The translations under genes and the position numbers were made by a program. A DNA stretch of 64,000 nucleotides from Balanoglossus misakiensis (Eukaryota > Animalia > Hemichordata). Below the pieces are notes generated by a model. That model worked only from the letters and a program-made list of their open reading frames with translations. It was not told where the DNA came from and ran no database searches. Below are positions 25,500 to 38,595 of this stretch, piece by piece. The first letter of the stretch is position 1; each line of letters opens with the position of its first letter. The stretch lies in the NCBI GenBank assembly GCA_040954595.2, contig CM082578.2, positions 17,059,703 through 17,123,702 on the forward strand. Reading direction: 5' to 3'.

Positions 25500-26572
25500 G
25501 TCTTTTGCGAGCAGCTCTTTACAATAAAGAAATCATGTCGGCCAATGTGTCAGAATTAACTACCTCGTACCCAGCATTGAGCACGGCTGCGGAAGCTAAT
25601 GGCAGCGAGTGGACTTTCCAGTGTGCAGGTGCAAGCGGAACTACGTACTTCATCGGCGGGAGCGTCATTGCTGTAATCGGCCTACTGTTAAATGCGTCTT
25701 TCATCTTCGTCTTCTGCCGAGTTAAATACATGAGAACGATGACGAACGCGTACTTGGTCAACCTGGCCGTGTCTGACAGTCTACTGCTGATGTCTGTGTG
25801 CATTTATTACATGTGTACACTGGCCAGCGTGCAGGTGACAAGTCGCATGATAAATTGCATTTTGTCGTATTTACATGGCATACTGCTGCTTGTGTCGCTT
25901 TGGATGATTACCATCGTCAGCATCGAACGGTATCTCGGCATCTGTAATCCTCTGAAAGCGAGAATTTTTAACACTAAAGGCCGCGTGGCGGCACTTATCG
26001 CGTGCACCTGGGTCCTCAGCATCATCTGTTCTGGACCGAAAATGATTCACTGTGTCATTCTGGAATCCGAAAGGGCCAACATGGCCGAAAACACAGCTGT
26101 CCTTTTCTACTTGCTCATGTTCGTGTACTCTCTGGTAACAGTCTTGTGCATGTACGTCCTCACTGTTAAGAACTTCAGAAAATCTGCGAGGAGACTGGGC
26201 AAAGAGAGACAAACTACCAGAAAGTCAGACGACGCCCAGGTATTGGCGACATGCATAGCCATAACCGTTGTATACTTCATCTGTGTGTTCCCCTCCGCCT
26301 ATAGATACCTGTTATTTCTTCTGTATCGAGCCACAAATGTACACTACGGCGGCAACTTCACGATATGCATGTACGGACTTTCTCGGTGGTTTCTCCTGGT
26401 CAACTCCTCCGTCAATCCGCTGATATACACTATTACCAGCGCACGATGCCGCAAAGCATTCACGATTGCCTTCTGGTGCAAGAAGGTAGTGAAAACTAGA
26501 CGCACAACCACTCTGCCTGCCTGCACGGCGTATGGTAATAGCATGACTACTCACCTGGGCACTGATTTATGA
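25500..26572 (+). CDS. Rhodopsin-like (class A) orphan GPCR A; whole 7TM in one exon; peptide-receptor-like (TRH/neuromedin U/ghrelin-receptor-like motifs)
   Basis: Seven hydrophobic helices with TM1 GLLLN, ICL1 MRTMTNAYLVNLAVSD, TM3 SIERYLGICNPL, TM7 NSSVNPLIY and N-terminal NxS/T sequons. Acceptor ttttctttctccatcatAG ends at 25499. First internal ATG is at 25535 (345 aa if used); the ORF-track TTG start at 25505 is not a real start. Stop TGA at 26570-26572. Confidence 0.96.
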
Positions 26573-27341
26573 TACATCCCCTGAATTTGCTGTTCACATA
26601 GAAACGGGGCAAACGGGTTTTTGGTAAAGGCATTCACAAAGATTTATTTGGGATAATTTCACTACATGTCAACAAGTCTTGCCTCTAATTTTGAGTAAAA
26701 TATCACTGTGTGTGTTGATGGGAAAAATATTGTTGTCAGCCCCACTGTTCTCAAGACTATCAGTTGAGCTTCACTTGCTACGTGTTTAACGCATAATTGA
26801 CTCTTGGAGACCTTTGCATCTCAGACTAAAGATGCTAAATACGGTTAGGAAGAGATAAACATTCCCACTGGGTATATCGGAATGATTAGTCTCACACATG
26901 TTTCAGTTCTCGAGGTCAGTGGTCATGAACCGCATATTAAAGAAGGGGGAAGCATTTTCTTGAGACGCGAGTTCAAAACCGCCATTTATAATATTTAGGC
27001 GAAGTTGTGTCATAAATTACATATATATGTAACACGGTATATTAATAGTATATTTTGTCACTGTAACCCATATATGTTGTCTCTGTATACTTTGTCAGTT
27101 GTAGTTAACGCATGGTACATTTAACATGTGGCATTATTCCTCGATTTTTTGCCATCATATACAGATGCTGGATATCATAACTGTACCTCAGGCTTAGTAT
27201 TAAAGTTATTCTATGAAAACGACCTACTAACTTTCCAAAACTATTCAAATTTCACTAAGTGTCAATTGTTCCTGTTGGCAAATTTCAGGCATCATGCCGT
27301 TGTGACTGGGATTATGGCGTTTCAAGTTCATCACCTTTCGC

Positions 27342-27347
27342 AATAAA
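27342..27347 (+). terminator. Candidate polyadenylation signal of GPCR A
   Basis: AATAAA about 770 nt after the stop, followed by a GT/T-rich tract (acgtttcgttatttc) at 27361. Confidence 0.4.
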
Positions 27348-29101
27348 TCACCCAAAGCACACGTTTCGTTATTTCATATCAATTGAAGAGACATGGTTCC
27401 AAATTCCTAGCCAATTGAAAAATATTTATTTTACCCAGTTGTATGTGGTAGATTGGTATTAAAGCATTTCCTGGTCTGATATTAAAAAGAGTACACAAAC
27501 GGAAGCGAGCACACATTTCCGGGTAACAAAACCACGTACGCAGTTTTGTTTACTGCGGATAAACATCACGACACCTGGTGGCACTCAACTCTGCCTGATG
27601 TGTTTTATTACTTTGCCGTATAAAGTCTGCTGCCATATTGCTGGACAAAGATGGCTTTGTGTTTGCTAATCCGCCGCGCACTGACATCCATCACACATGG
27701 GGACGAAAAGGAGAAAGATCAACAACTTATATACAGCCTTCATTGATCTGTGGATGCCCTTTCTTATAAATATCGCAGCTGTAAAAATGAAACCTGTGTG
27801 CAGTTTGTGATGTTATAATTGAAATATGTCAAAATCGATGAAACAGGCGGTATCATGCAAGTAATATGAGGACAGAATAAATACAATATGTACAATGTTT
27901 ACAATAGGTTTACTGATGATTACAGTATCCCATAATACCATTGCTCTCAAATCAATCACTCAAGAGTAGAACGTTTTGATTGTTCATAATGATCAGATAA
28001 AGAGGCTAATCTTTCAATATTTGTGAATGGGGACATCAATATTCAGTTCGACTAAGTCTTTGTGAGGCATATTTAGACATATTGTATTTTTCCATATGCT
28101 GCAATTGCAATTAGAATGTCAGCCATGAATTCGAGAACGACCCTTTGACCTTTCAAAAACCATTCTGTCTGTTCCCATCCTAGCCATTGAAAGTTGGCTT
28201 CAATTTAATTTAAAACAAGCTTGAACGTCTATTGCAAAACTTAAGGCAACACAAGTAGTTTTCATCATCTTGTCTGGATACCACAACTTGTTCAGCAACT
28301 CTCTAGCAAATTAAAAAAGTAACCAAGATTATCGGTTTCTCTTGTTTGGAGATTGTTTTTCAACAACGAATTGACACTCATCTCTTCTTGTTTTCATTGA
28401 GCAGGAATCGTTCTTGAGTGAACATTAAAAGTAGCATCATTGCTTTCCTGTTTACCAATGTGACGCTCTCGCAAGATAGACCTGCATAATGCTCTCATAA
28501 AATAACAAATTGAATGTTCTGTTCGCTGCAAATAGTTCTGACCCTGCCTGCTTACCTACAGATACACACATAATATTGTCGAATTTGCCATAGAATTAAT
28601 GTTATGACTTTCAACGACGGTGTAGATAAATTAAGATAATGATCAATTTGAGATATCATAAAAACAAACCAGCCAGCACTTATTGGGTATAGGGAGTGTT
28701 CAGTCACTTCATATTGACGTCGTCTATGCTGTTGAAAATTAAACCTGTGACATTAGCGTTTTGCACATGAGCACTTTTAGTGGCCTTGTCAATTTCCCTT
28801 GTGACTGGCATTTAGCAGAGAACGATTAATTTAAATAATACTGTTTGTTTAATGTATTAAGATTTGTTTTGTGTCCAAATAAAATCTGACGAATCTGAGT
28901 TTGGCTGTATTGCATTTTATGAACCCTTTCTTAAACCATATGCTCTCCTGCAGTTTGAAACCCGTTGTTTTCCTTCAAGGACATCGCTATTTATCAATCT
29001 CTGAAAGTAGTTTTATATTTATACACAAAAGACATTCACAACGATACCTCCAATGCCTTTCCTTGCTATAAAAAAAATCCACCTGCACCTATTCGCCTCC
29101 T

Positions 29102-29125
29102 CCCCCCCCCCCCCCCCCCCCCCCC
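29102..29125 (+). repeat. Poly-C homopolymer (24 nt)
   Basis: Directly visible. It explains the poly-Pro and poly-Gly pseudo-ORFs in the track. Confidence 0.95.
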
Positions 29126-32100
29126 AGGAAAATTTCTTGTCTTAAATAATTACACAAAACGGTGAGACGTTGTGTCCGGGCATTTAGCAATCCATCAATC
29201 ACACACATATGAATTGCCTGTGATATGTACCGTATATATTCTAAACACCTTAATGACTGCTGGTCAATTATAGCACGACGCTTTGCCATTAATGGACTTG
29301 GCCCCTAGGGGATTCACCTAAACCCAGAATTCCATCAGCTTTTGCTCACTATCATATAGCACTAAATTCTCGCAAGCTTTGGCAATGTCCCTAGGACAGT
29401 GTTTTTTTTCCCAGTTATCTTTGTCACAACCACAGTTGGTAACCAACAATTGTGTAATGTCTATGTTCTTGATCATAGTTGTGCTGCGCCGTTTAAGGAA
29501 ACACTGTTGCCAACAAATACAGTTACTTTGCTTCGCGATACCATCTAATGAGATCACCAGATTGTCACTGTTAGTCTTTTTCAAATGTGTGACCAGATTG
29601 TGGTTCTACAATTACATATATCTGACCCAGATTGTTTTGTAAAACATGAACTGTTCAAGTCTGCTCAAAGGAGTATAGCCATGCAACTGAAAATCCAAGT
29701 TCCAAGAGGTCTTATTTGAAAAAAAAAGAAGCTAAATAAGGAAGATTGTGAAAAGTGAAAGCAACGCGGTTGGAATGACATTACTGCATGGCATCTGATG
29801 ACAAGCTGTGGAAATGCTAGCAATTTAATAAACATTGACCCATGACTACAGAGCGAAGTAATTGATTCTAAATGGTTGATGGACTTGGAAAACCGTTTAG
29901 TTGCGACTTCTGATAACTGAATGCCATTAGTTTTGCAATATTTCCTCACACATCAACCATTTTCATTATCAGTCCAGAACCATTATATGCCTCAGCAAAT
30001 TTTGTTAAAGTCACTACAATGCCAATCCACATGTACACATTACATGTGTATTTAATGAGACAGCTTAAATATGTCCAACACCGCCAGTTATGTGTGCTTT
30101 ATCCGTTTATTGCTAGAAAGCTTGGAGGTATGACTGAATTTGCCACTACTGATCACTATTGATCAATCATGCAAAACATTTATAGAGACCTTGGAAAATT
30201 GATACAGCCATCAGCAATTGTGTCTATAAAAAATCTATGGAGTCAAGCAAAGACTTTGACGGAGTCAGATTACATGTAAACATCTTTGTTTTGCAACGAG
30301 AGGTTGCCCGTTAAAGACTTCTATTAGCAAATTGTAGTACAGACCAATTATGGAACATTGAGCTCAAGAACAGCTAATCAATCACACGCTGACATATGAC
30401 AATTTCTCTCTTGCTGAGAGGGTTCACAGTTCCACGTTCTGGCATTAGTAATTATTAAATTTCAGCCTTCGTCAATTTCTACAAATTTCGTCTCATAAAC
30501 CCTGAAAATGAGCTGAAATGAGGGTTTCAATCTGAATGCCATACTGCGTAGAAACGTAATTGCTAAGTGCTAAATTTGAATTGGGGAAATTAGTTTAAAG
30601 TGCAGCAGTCAAAAGGCCAGTGTAGTTTGGTCAAATTCATCGTAATCACACAGCTTTGCTATATGGTCTACTTTTAAACAAAATCGTTAAATATGCAAAC
30701 GTGTTATTAATCTTCAAGCCCAGCAGAATTTCAAGGATTAATGCACCTAGAGGATTGGCTTAGTTAATGTACATGTATGGCTTAGTGAGCAAAGATGGGT
30801 AAAAAAAGGAAGCTTATACTGGTTTGTTAATATTTTTTGCTTGGAGCTCGAAGGGGTAACATGCACACTTTCCAAAATGGCTCTTATCAGAAATTAGACC
30901 GAACAAAATCTATTAAATTGCCTAGGTGTGTTTGAAATATATTTCAATTATTTATTCCATAACACGGTAAAGAATAAGATTTGTGTGTTTTGGATATTTC
31001 GATACCCTGCAAAGACAGACTACTTGCTCGAAACCATCCCTTTTAGCCTAAGGGTAGGGGGCTTGCCACCTTTTCATATGATTGGTGAAGTCAGTAATCT
31101 AGGCTCCTCTAACATGCTCGCCAGTCCCCTGAAGGTAATTATTCGTAATCATACAGTCGATAGGATAGTGAACAACTTCGAAACCAATGATGATTGGACA
31201 ATAAATATTAGTTCCGAGATTAGGATCATGTGCGTGAAGATAAGAGCGGGGGATGAGAAGTATTGAACTGGAGTTCAATCACACTTTAATCAGCTTTCAA
31301 TATGCAAGCTGCGTAAAATTCTTCAATCCACTTTACCAATCTTAACATTCAAAAGACCAATTCTAAGACAAGTTTAATATCAGTGATACTTACATATACA
31401 GCATAAGGAAATATCATAGCACATATTTTATTTTTGACAGCATATTATTGAACGTGCCTTCATCATTTCATATTGTGTGAAGGTGATAAAATGGGTTATA
31501 TGAAATGATCACATGCATGTCGACTGCATAACAGGATTCCACAATCCAAACGTTCATAAAATTGGCCATTAATTATCAATCAGCTTACACAGACTCAACT
31601 GATTGCACTTTTCATCGGAAAAAAAAACACTACATCATTTGATGTGTACTTGCTTGAAGAACTACACTTAAATCATGGATGTTTACTAATAGTTCATTCG
31701 CACCTGGCGGTTGCCAGTTGACATATGTAGTCAGTGCACAATCTTGCAAGGTTAATGACCTGCAAGACGTGCCACATCTTATAAATAAACTAAACACCAA
31801 GGGTGCAATTGCTTTCTTGATTCACTGGCCTTTTTGTGCAAGCAAAGTTCAACCAGAAAGAGATTACGTTTATGCATCCGGTATATTTGCCACAGGGACA
31901 AACATGATTGGACTGAGTAATCTTCAAAAACCTCAACAGATGTGCAGGCAGTCCTTATCAACGGGTATTCTGCTACGATAATTCTTTTTTTCTGAAGAGT
32001 TTTAGGCGTTGACATTCTGTTAATTGGTATGGCATGTCCAAATTCTCCATAAAAGTTATCATAGTCGCTTCAACATAAAAAATTTAACACAAAAAAGTTG

Positions 32101-35100
32101 TCGTAACTTAATCAGTGTACTTTACTGTTCTCGTCCTTATCATCATCATCATCATGACAAAGCTAACTAAACTTTTAAAATAACAAACAATAAAGAACAA
32201 TAAAAAAATATTTCTGTGATATTGCATTGTTTAGGATTAAAAAGGTATTTTGTAAGAGGTAAGAGTGTGATATTTGTAAATTGCAGCTAGTATGCAATAG
32301 ACAGGTTCATCAAACCTAAGTTTCATTATGAAGTCAACTCATTGAGTTGTGATGGGCGTGATTTTAGTCTCTGTGGCATTCGAACAAAAAATGTTAAGGT
32401 CATACGTGAATTGAAATTCGATTGGCTATACCTGATGCCATTAACGTCTGTACGTGCATTTTTATGGTGACTCTGTCAAGATTAGAAAGAGCAGCCAAAG
32501 GTCACATGTTAACGTAGCGACTCCCTTTAGTTAAGGTTTTAAAACACTTAAACACAAGCTGTGTCTGCTCCAATGGCGCGGAGTGTCCATTGACTGGTTC
32601 TATGACTGGTTCCATACAGCCAAAAGTGTGCGCACGTCTTAACTTTGCGACTGGCCATCGATGCTGGCATATCAGACAGTCTGAACAAAATCCAGACACT
32701 CTACGGTAGGTCAGATGACAACATTGGATCTTCCGAAACCGGATTACTGAAGGGTTATCCTAATTCAATTCTTTTTCCCGGAAAACAGATGTACAGGAAG
32801 TACTCCTGCATATTTTGTATAGACTCATAGACTCATGACGAGGTGCAATCATAATGGCCTTTAAATTAAGTCAAGTGTGACATCTCCGGAGGCACTATCC
32901 TTCACAACTTATAGCGATGACCCTGATCATTTTCCGAAATGTGTGTGTGAATAGCAAACATATTGAACGTTTGTTCTCTATCAAGTTATCAAATTACATG
33001 AATCTGATCGTCTATTTACTTTCACAATCTGGCACGGAGCTTGTGATATTGCTACGTGTTGTACACCTGACTCTCATAATTGAAGTCAAACGCGCTATTT
33101 GTCATTCGATTCCACAGTGATGAATTGCCCAAAGTGTATTTGACTAAATAATCCCCTTGTTTATTCCAAAGATATCGATTACCACAAGCTACCTTGATGA
33201 TGTTTAAGGTTACAAAGTGGGAATATTAAAAATCTTTTCAAAACCAACAGAGTCTTCCCTTGACAATGCCGGATCGCAGTTTGATATCCTATAAACTGAC
33301 ACTGCTAGAAATGTGCAAAAGTAGTCCTATTTAAACTCATCTTTGCAAATTATTGTTCTTTAAAGTTCAAAACCTGTAAGAGACATCAGTTTGAGCATGG
33401 TCTGTGGTTTAAAGTAAAGCGTGAAAATTATTACACATACTATTGATAAGTTGTCATTACATCGCCAGCGAGTACTCCTGCATGTTAGCTCTACCGTATA
33501 TGATCACAGTCACTCGACACATGGAGTGACAATGATATAATCTACACATTTTCACGCGAAGCTAGTGAGTGAAATCCCTGAAAGCGTTGAAGCTATAATC
33601 ATTTATTGGGGCTCTAGACCCTAAAGGAAACATAGTCAACTGTACTTGCACCACCACTAATTGGCTAGGAAACCCTGATTGCAACATTCGGGGCATAATA
33701 ACCGAACATTTCAGTTGTTAGCAGATTGTGAGTAAAAATGTCTTCATTCAACTGGTTTACGTGAATATAAATATAACCGATGTTATACTGGGAAGCAACT
33801 TATGAACAGAAATATGTAAGTTGGAAAAACTTATAAAAGTCATCGCAATTCTTCTCACGTCTGCCTGATATCGATTCTCGCAGCATAATACTGATGGCAA
33901 TCGATTTAGTCTTAAGGTACCGAAATAGTCTTTAGGTACCTTAAGATAATCAAGGTGGCCTTTGGACTGCAATTTTATGTCACGTCCGCTTGTTGGGTAA
34001 ATGTTCAAATTAGTTTTAATGTCGGTTAATATTAAATGATATAGTAAACAACGATAGTGTATGAATATTTTAATATTTAGCCTTATGATACAGTAGAAGA
34101 GAAATGCCGTCAATTGCCCTGAAGGACGACTGCCTAAGTGGGACATGCTAACCTGGACGGGGTGATTTAATATCACCTTTCCTGCAGAAATGATAAACTG
34201 CTTCTTGCTTGGCGAGATTCATTAGTCAACAGCTGACTGCAGGGTCTATTGTATAGACTTGCCCCGAGTCTACGGGCTTAATTATGTCCTAACAAATTAA
34301 ATGTACTCATTTCAGAAGAGTTTGTTCCGAGTCTCTATAATGTGTGGAGTGACCACGTCAGTTTTGGTGGGCAATATCAGAAATCATCATGTTTTCAGAG
34401 GGGTCCTTGACAACATATGAAGGCAGCCTAATGCCATAACGTCAATATACATGTAACAAGCGATACAAGCGACAAATTTCTTTCTGTGACTGCACTATCA
34501 TCCATAATTCATCCAACACGACCACTGAACATTATTTAAATGTATCTATGGAAAGAATTAAGTGGAATAAAAGTTCCGCCAATTGGATCAGTATATAGCA
34601 TCACACGTCAGTACAAACATTATGACAGGCATTTATTTTTCATGCAGCTGACGAAAATAGAAAGGGCTCCGCTTCTCGACTATTACTGCAGGTTGCTTGA
34701 ACACTCAGGGGAAATCTAGTTTCTACAGTTCTGCAATATAAAAATGACAACAGCCAATTTCAATAATTGTAAGGAATGAGCGATTACCGTCAAAGTGATC
34801 AAAGTGGACATTTTCGTGCAATAAACAACTCAAACGACACAGGCGCTTGGAGCAGTGGATGCCGGATGTCATGCCACTCCTATAAGACAAGCTGAAATGT
34901 TTGAAACTGGCTGCGTTATCAGAATCTGGCATCTCAACACTTAGGCTCTAAAGCCTAGATATTCAAATCAATGACTTTTATTCTCCAATTATACCATTTT
35001 CAAGCGACACCGGTTGTAAGCCTTGACGTCAGAGACTTGGTGGAACTATCCACACACACACGTTATGACTTCATAAAAAACATTAACGACAGAATTCGCA

Positions 35101-36812
35101 CAATGTATTCAAAGAGCGGGCGGTTGACGTTTATTGATGTGGTAGGGCAAAAGAGATGGCCTCTGCTTAATGAGTAAAGCCTACCCGAAAACGTTAATGT
35201 GACATTTAATCTGTTGCTACCCTGAAGTGGAGATCGAATATTGCTTTGCGCATTTTGCCTGGGTTTACGTTTCTAGCAGCTTTGACATACATAACAAAAT
35301 TCATGAATGTTTAGTACACAAGCGTTTACGCCGGTTGAAACATATCGCTGTACCCTGGATGCGATTACATATTCCACTGAGCGACCTACTCCAATGCTGC
35401 AATATACTAAATTATTCAACAATGTTCGTCCAACGGTAACAGTAAATGGCATCAGTTCAATACATAGATATCGATTCATAAAGGGACAGAATTGCCCACT
35501 TTTCAATTTATTTTGGTTATTACGGACCGGTACTTTCTTTTGATATGTTTTATATTGTCCTGTTCACCGAAATATCCTTTCTATATTCAACTCATAGTCT
35601 ATACAGGGACATAACACTTCAGTACCTACATCACTTTATTTGTGGTCAATACTAAAATTGCATGAAAGTAGTATTCAGACGGGCAGGCAGGCAGACAGAT
35701 AGATAGATAACTTGACTGAACCTTAATAAGTAATCATTGTGTGAATATTCATTTATTCTTACTTCTCTACGCAACCACAGATAAAGGTACATTAGTGCTT
35801 ATGCTTGGCAGTTGCTAATCTCGCCAGAGACATGCGAGACTGATTGGCGCTCTGTGCCACGGAGCCACGACGATTACGGCGCGCTGTGTCTCCGAGAAGC
35901 GTGTCTTATGCAATTAAAGTTTCCAAATGGCCTTCTTACATCCATTCGATCTACCACTTAGTACTTATCCACATATGTATTCTTGCACATGATTATCTAG
36001 TTTCCATCTCAGATTAGGATGTTGACTTTTACTGTACTGGTTACACTGCTTCAGAATTAACTGCATGTAGTTTTTTTTCAAACATAACATCGTTAATATT
36101 TTAAACTGACTGTCAGTCCTATCAATTCGGCCAATGTTCACAGTAATGAGTCCATGAAATACAGGTATTATGCCTTGTGCAGTTTCAATGTTTAACATAA
36201 ACATTATGCAAGGTATTAAAATTATACTTCCTTTTCAAGATCTAAAAGGGGTTTCGGATTGAAATTGTTTGAAAACTCACCCAACAAAACCCCCAATAAT
36301 TGTAAAAATTTCGATGTATGCAAATAAGCAAGCCGATGATCCTAGCTGATGGGTTTAGATTGGCATTGAACCTTGTTTGTCAGTAATATGGTCTGCTTTG
36401 CTTGAACGGCAATGAATAATTAATGTAAACGCAAACAAACAGACCTTGACGCAGATCTTCAGAGAACCAACGTGTTGATTTGAAGTCAATGCACGTGCCA
36501 AGATGACATTAAGAGTGGTGCGTTCACCCCGGTTAAAGTTGGCTGCCGTTCTGTCTTGGCCCCTCAACCTCCTCTTACTTACGCGCAACAAAGTCTATAG
36601 CTTTCATAATAGGCAACCTTTTCGATGAACTTTCTGCCCTGCAATATTAAAAGGTTACTCTGTAATCGCACAAACACATTATGCCTTTAATTTGAGTAAA
36701 CAGTATTTGCTGCTGAGTATAGATGATATGCATTTCAATCTCTAGAAGATGTTTTTGGTCACAAAAACAACTTGAAATTGGCCGTCAACTCTGTGTTAGT
36801 CTCTCCCCCACC

Positions 36813-36852
36813 CTCTCTCTCTTTCTGTCTCTCTCTCTCTCTCTCTCTGTCT
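36813..36852 (+). repeat. (CT)n microsatellite, imperfect
   Basis: Directly visible. Confidence 0.9.
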
Positions 36853-38499
36853 CCTGTCAGTATGGCTTCCATCCCAAGACATGTTACAAGAAAACTTCAT
36901 CGTTTAAGTAGCGTGAAATCTAACGTAATGATTCTGTCACTTAACTTGAAGTGGTAATTGCAGATTCTGAACCTTAATTAGGTGGGGTTTTTCAGTAGAG
37001 ACCTTGATTGTATGATTGACAGACACACGTGCATGGCGTGAGAATACACAATGGAGACCAATGCGCAAAGAACACAAACAGAACAGGCTTCTCATCTAGT
37101 CAGGAAACACAGGCAGATGTCACTTGTGTAAGGCACTATTGCCATCATAAAAAAACTAAACAGCTGTAAGGAGTCGTCTGTAATTATGTCGTAATGACGT
37201 AACACAAATTATATGATTTACGATTACCGGCTAAAGCGACTTCCTGGCTCTTACACCGAAAGTGAGTAATGTAAGTGCAAAAAGATTGCTAGAATCTGAT
37301 AGACTCCAAAGTGAAGCAATTGAGTCAGGGTTTCCATGCCAATCATTGGCAACGTCGCCATACGCAAGGTCTACTCAGCTTTGCCGCAAGAATTACAAAT
37401 CACCATCATCTAGACTCACCGCAACAAGTCATCCTGTTAGACTGCGCATCTCTGGGGCTGGTCAATTATAACAGTAGAATTATCAAAGAACCGTTGTACC
37501 AATTAACCAATGCATAATCCAGCGACTCATTGCTTTGGCATTTTATAATATCCATATTTTGTGATATAGCGCTACAAGATTACAAGCTATCGTCTTGCAG
37601 TTTTTGTTAGTGTTGTTCATAGATTCAGACATTATCTGATAAAGGACTGTGAAAAAACCCTCAAAAGCATGTTTTTTTCTGAATGTGCAAAATATATATG
37701 TATGTAAGTGTTTATGTAAATGAGATTGCGCACTCTTGCATTTGAGATTGTGACAAGTCTCCTTGATTGCGACACTTTTTTTTAAAAAGTGGCAATTATT
37801 TCTGTCACTTTTATGTTCATGTGTTGTCACTCAAAAACCGACAAAACGACGTTAAGGATGGACAACAGGCCATTGTATAAAACGGATTTCTGTTCCGAAC
37901 AAAATCCCTAGTTCGAAACACTCTGTGTGATTGAAAACGTGATCAGACATATATCTCATTCAGAAAATACTCATCAATGAACTCAGGGATAAGTGATCAA
38001 TGTGGGATCCGTGGTTCATTTTTCTGAGGATCAGCACCAACATCAAAGAAAAAGCGATCAATTTATGGACTCTCTGATTTCGTTGAATTTTCGGTTTAAT
38101 GATTTTATCAAATTAATTTTCTAAGATACGCAAAGCCCAGTAAAGCGTAATCACCACATAGCATCCATTTTCCACAGTTAATCAGCCCAAGTTATTCATA
38201 TGTCACAAATTTCTGGTCTAATTTGCACACACTACAGAAGCAAGATTACAAAGCATTGTAGAGTAATCTCACTGTGCCATGCGCCATTTGTGCTTGATTT
38301 TTGAAGTACGTGGATATAGAGTAATAGATATAGAGGAAAGGAAATTGCATCTGGTTTGCCAGTACATGGTAAAATGTTTAAAAAAAATTGTATATTTTGT
38401 TTCCTAAATCCACAAACCCATTTGCCATATTGTGTATATTACAGTGAGTGTAGAGCCAGGATTTGCCTTCTAAAATTTGCATTACTGAAATTGAAGCTA

Positions 38500-38595
38500 G
38501 GTCTGAGTGATACTCGAACCCAACATCACCCTCGGCATCAAATAGCTTAGCAAATGGAGTCAACACTCATCAACCTCTTTGCGCTCAGTGTAACC
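38500..38595 (-). mobile_element. Possible decayed tRNA-derived SINE head
   Basis: Minus strand has a B-box-like GGGTTCGAG (38521-38513) preceded by a weak A-box-like tgagcgcaaagaggtt. No cloverleaf and no second copy seen in the window. Confidence 0.2.

Noticed and set aside
28965-29289. Poly-Pro and poly-Gly ORFs
   Set aside because: Artefacts of the poly-C run.
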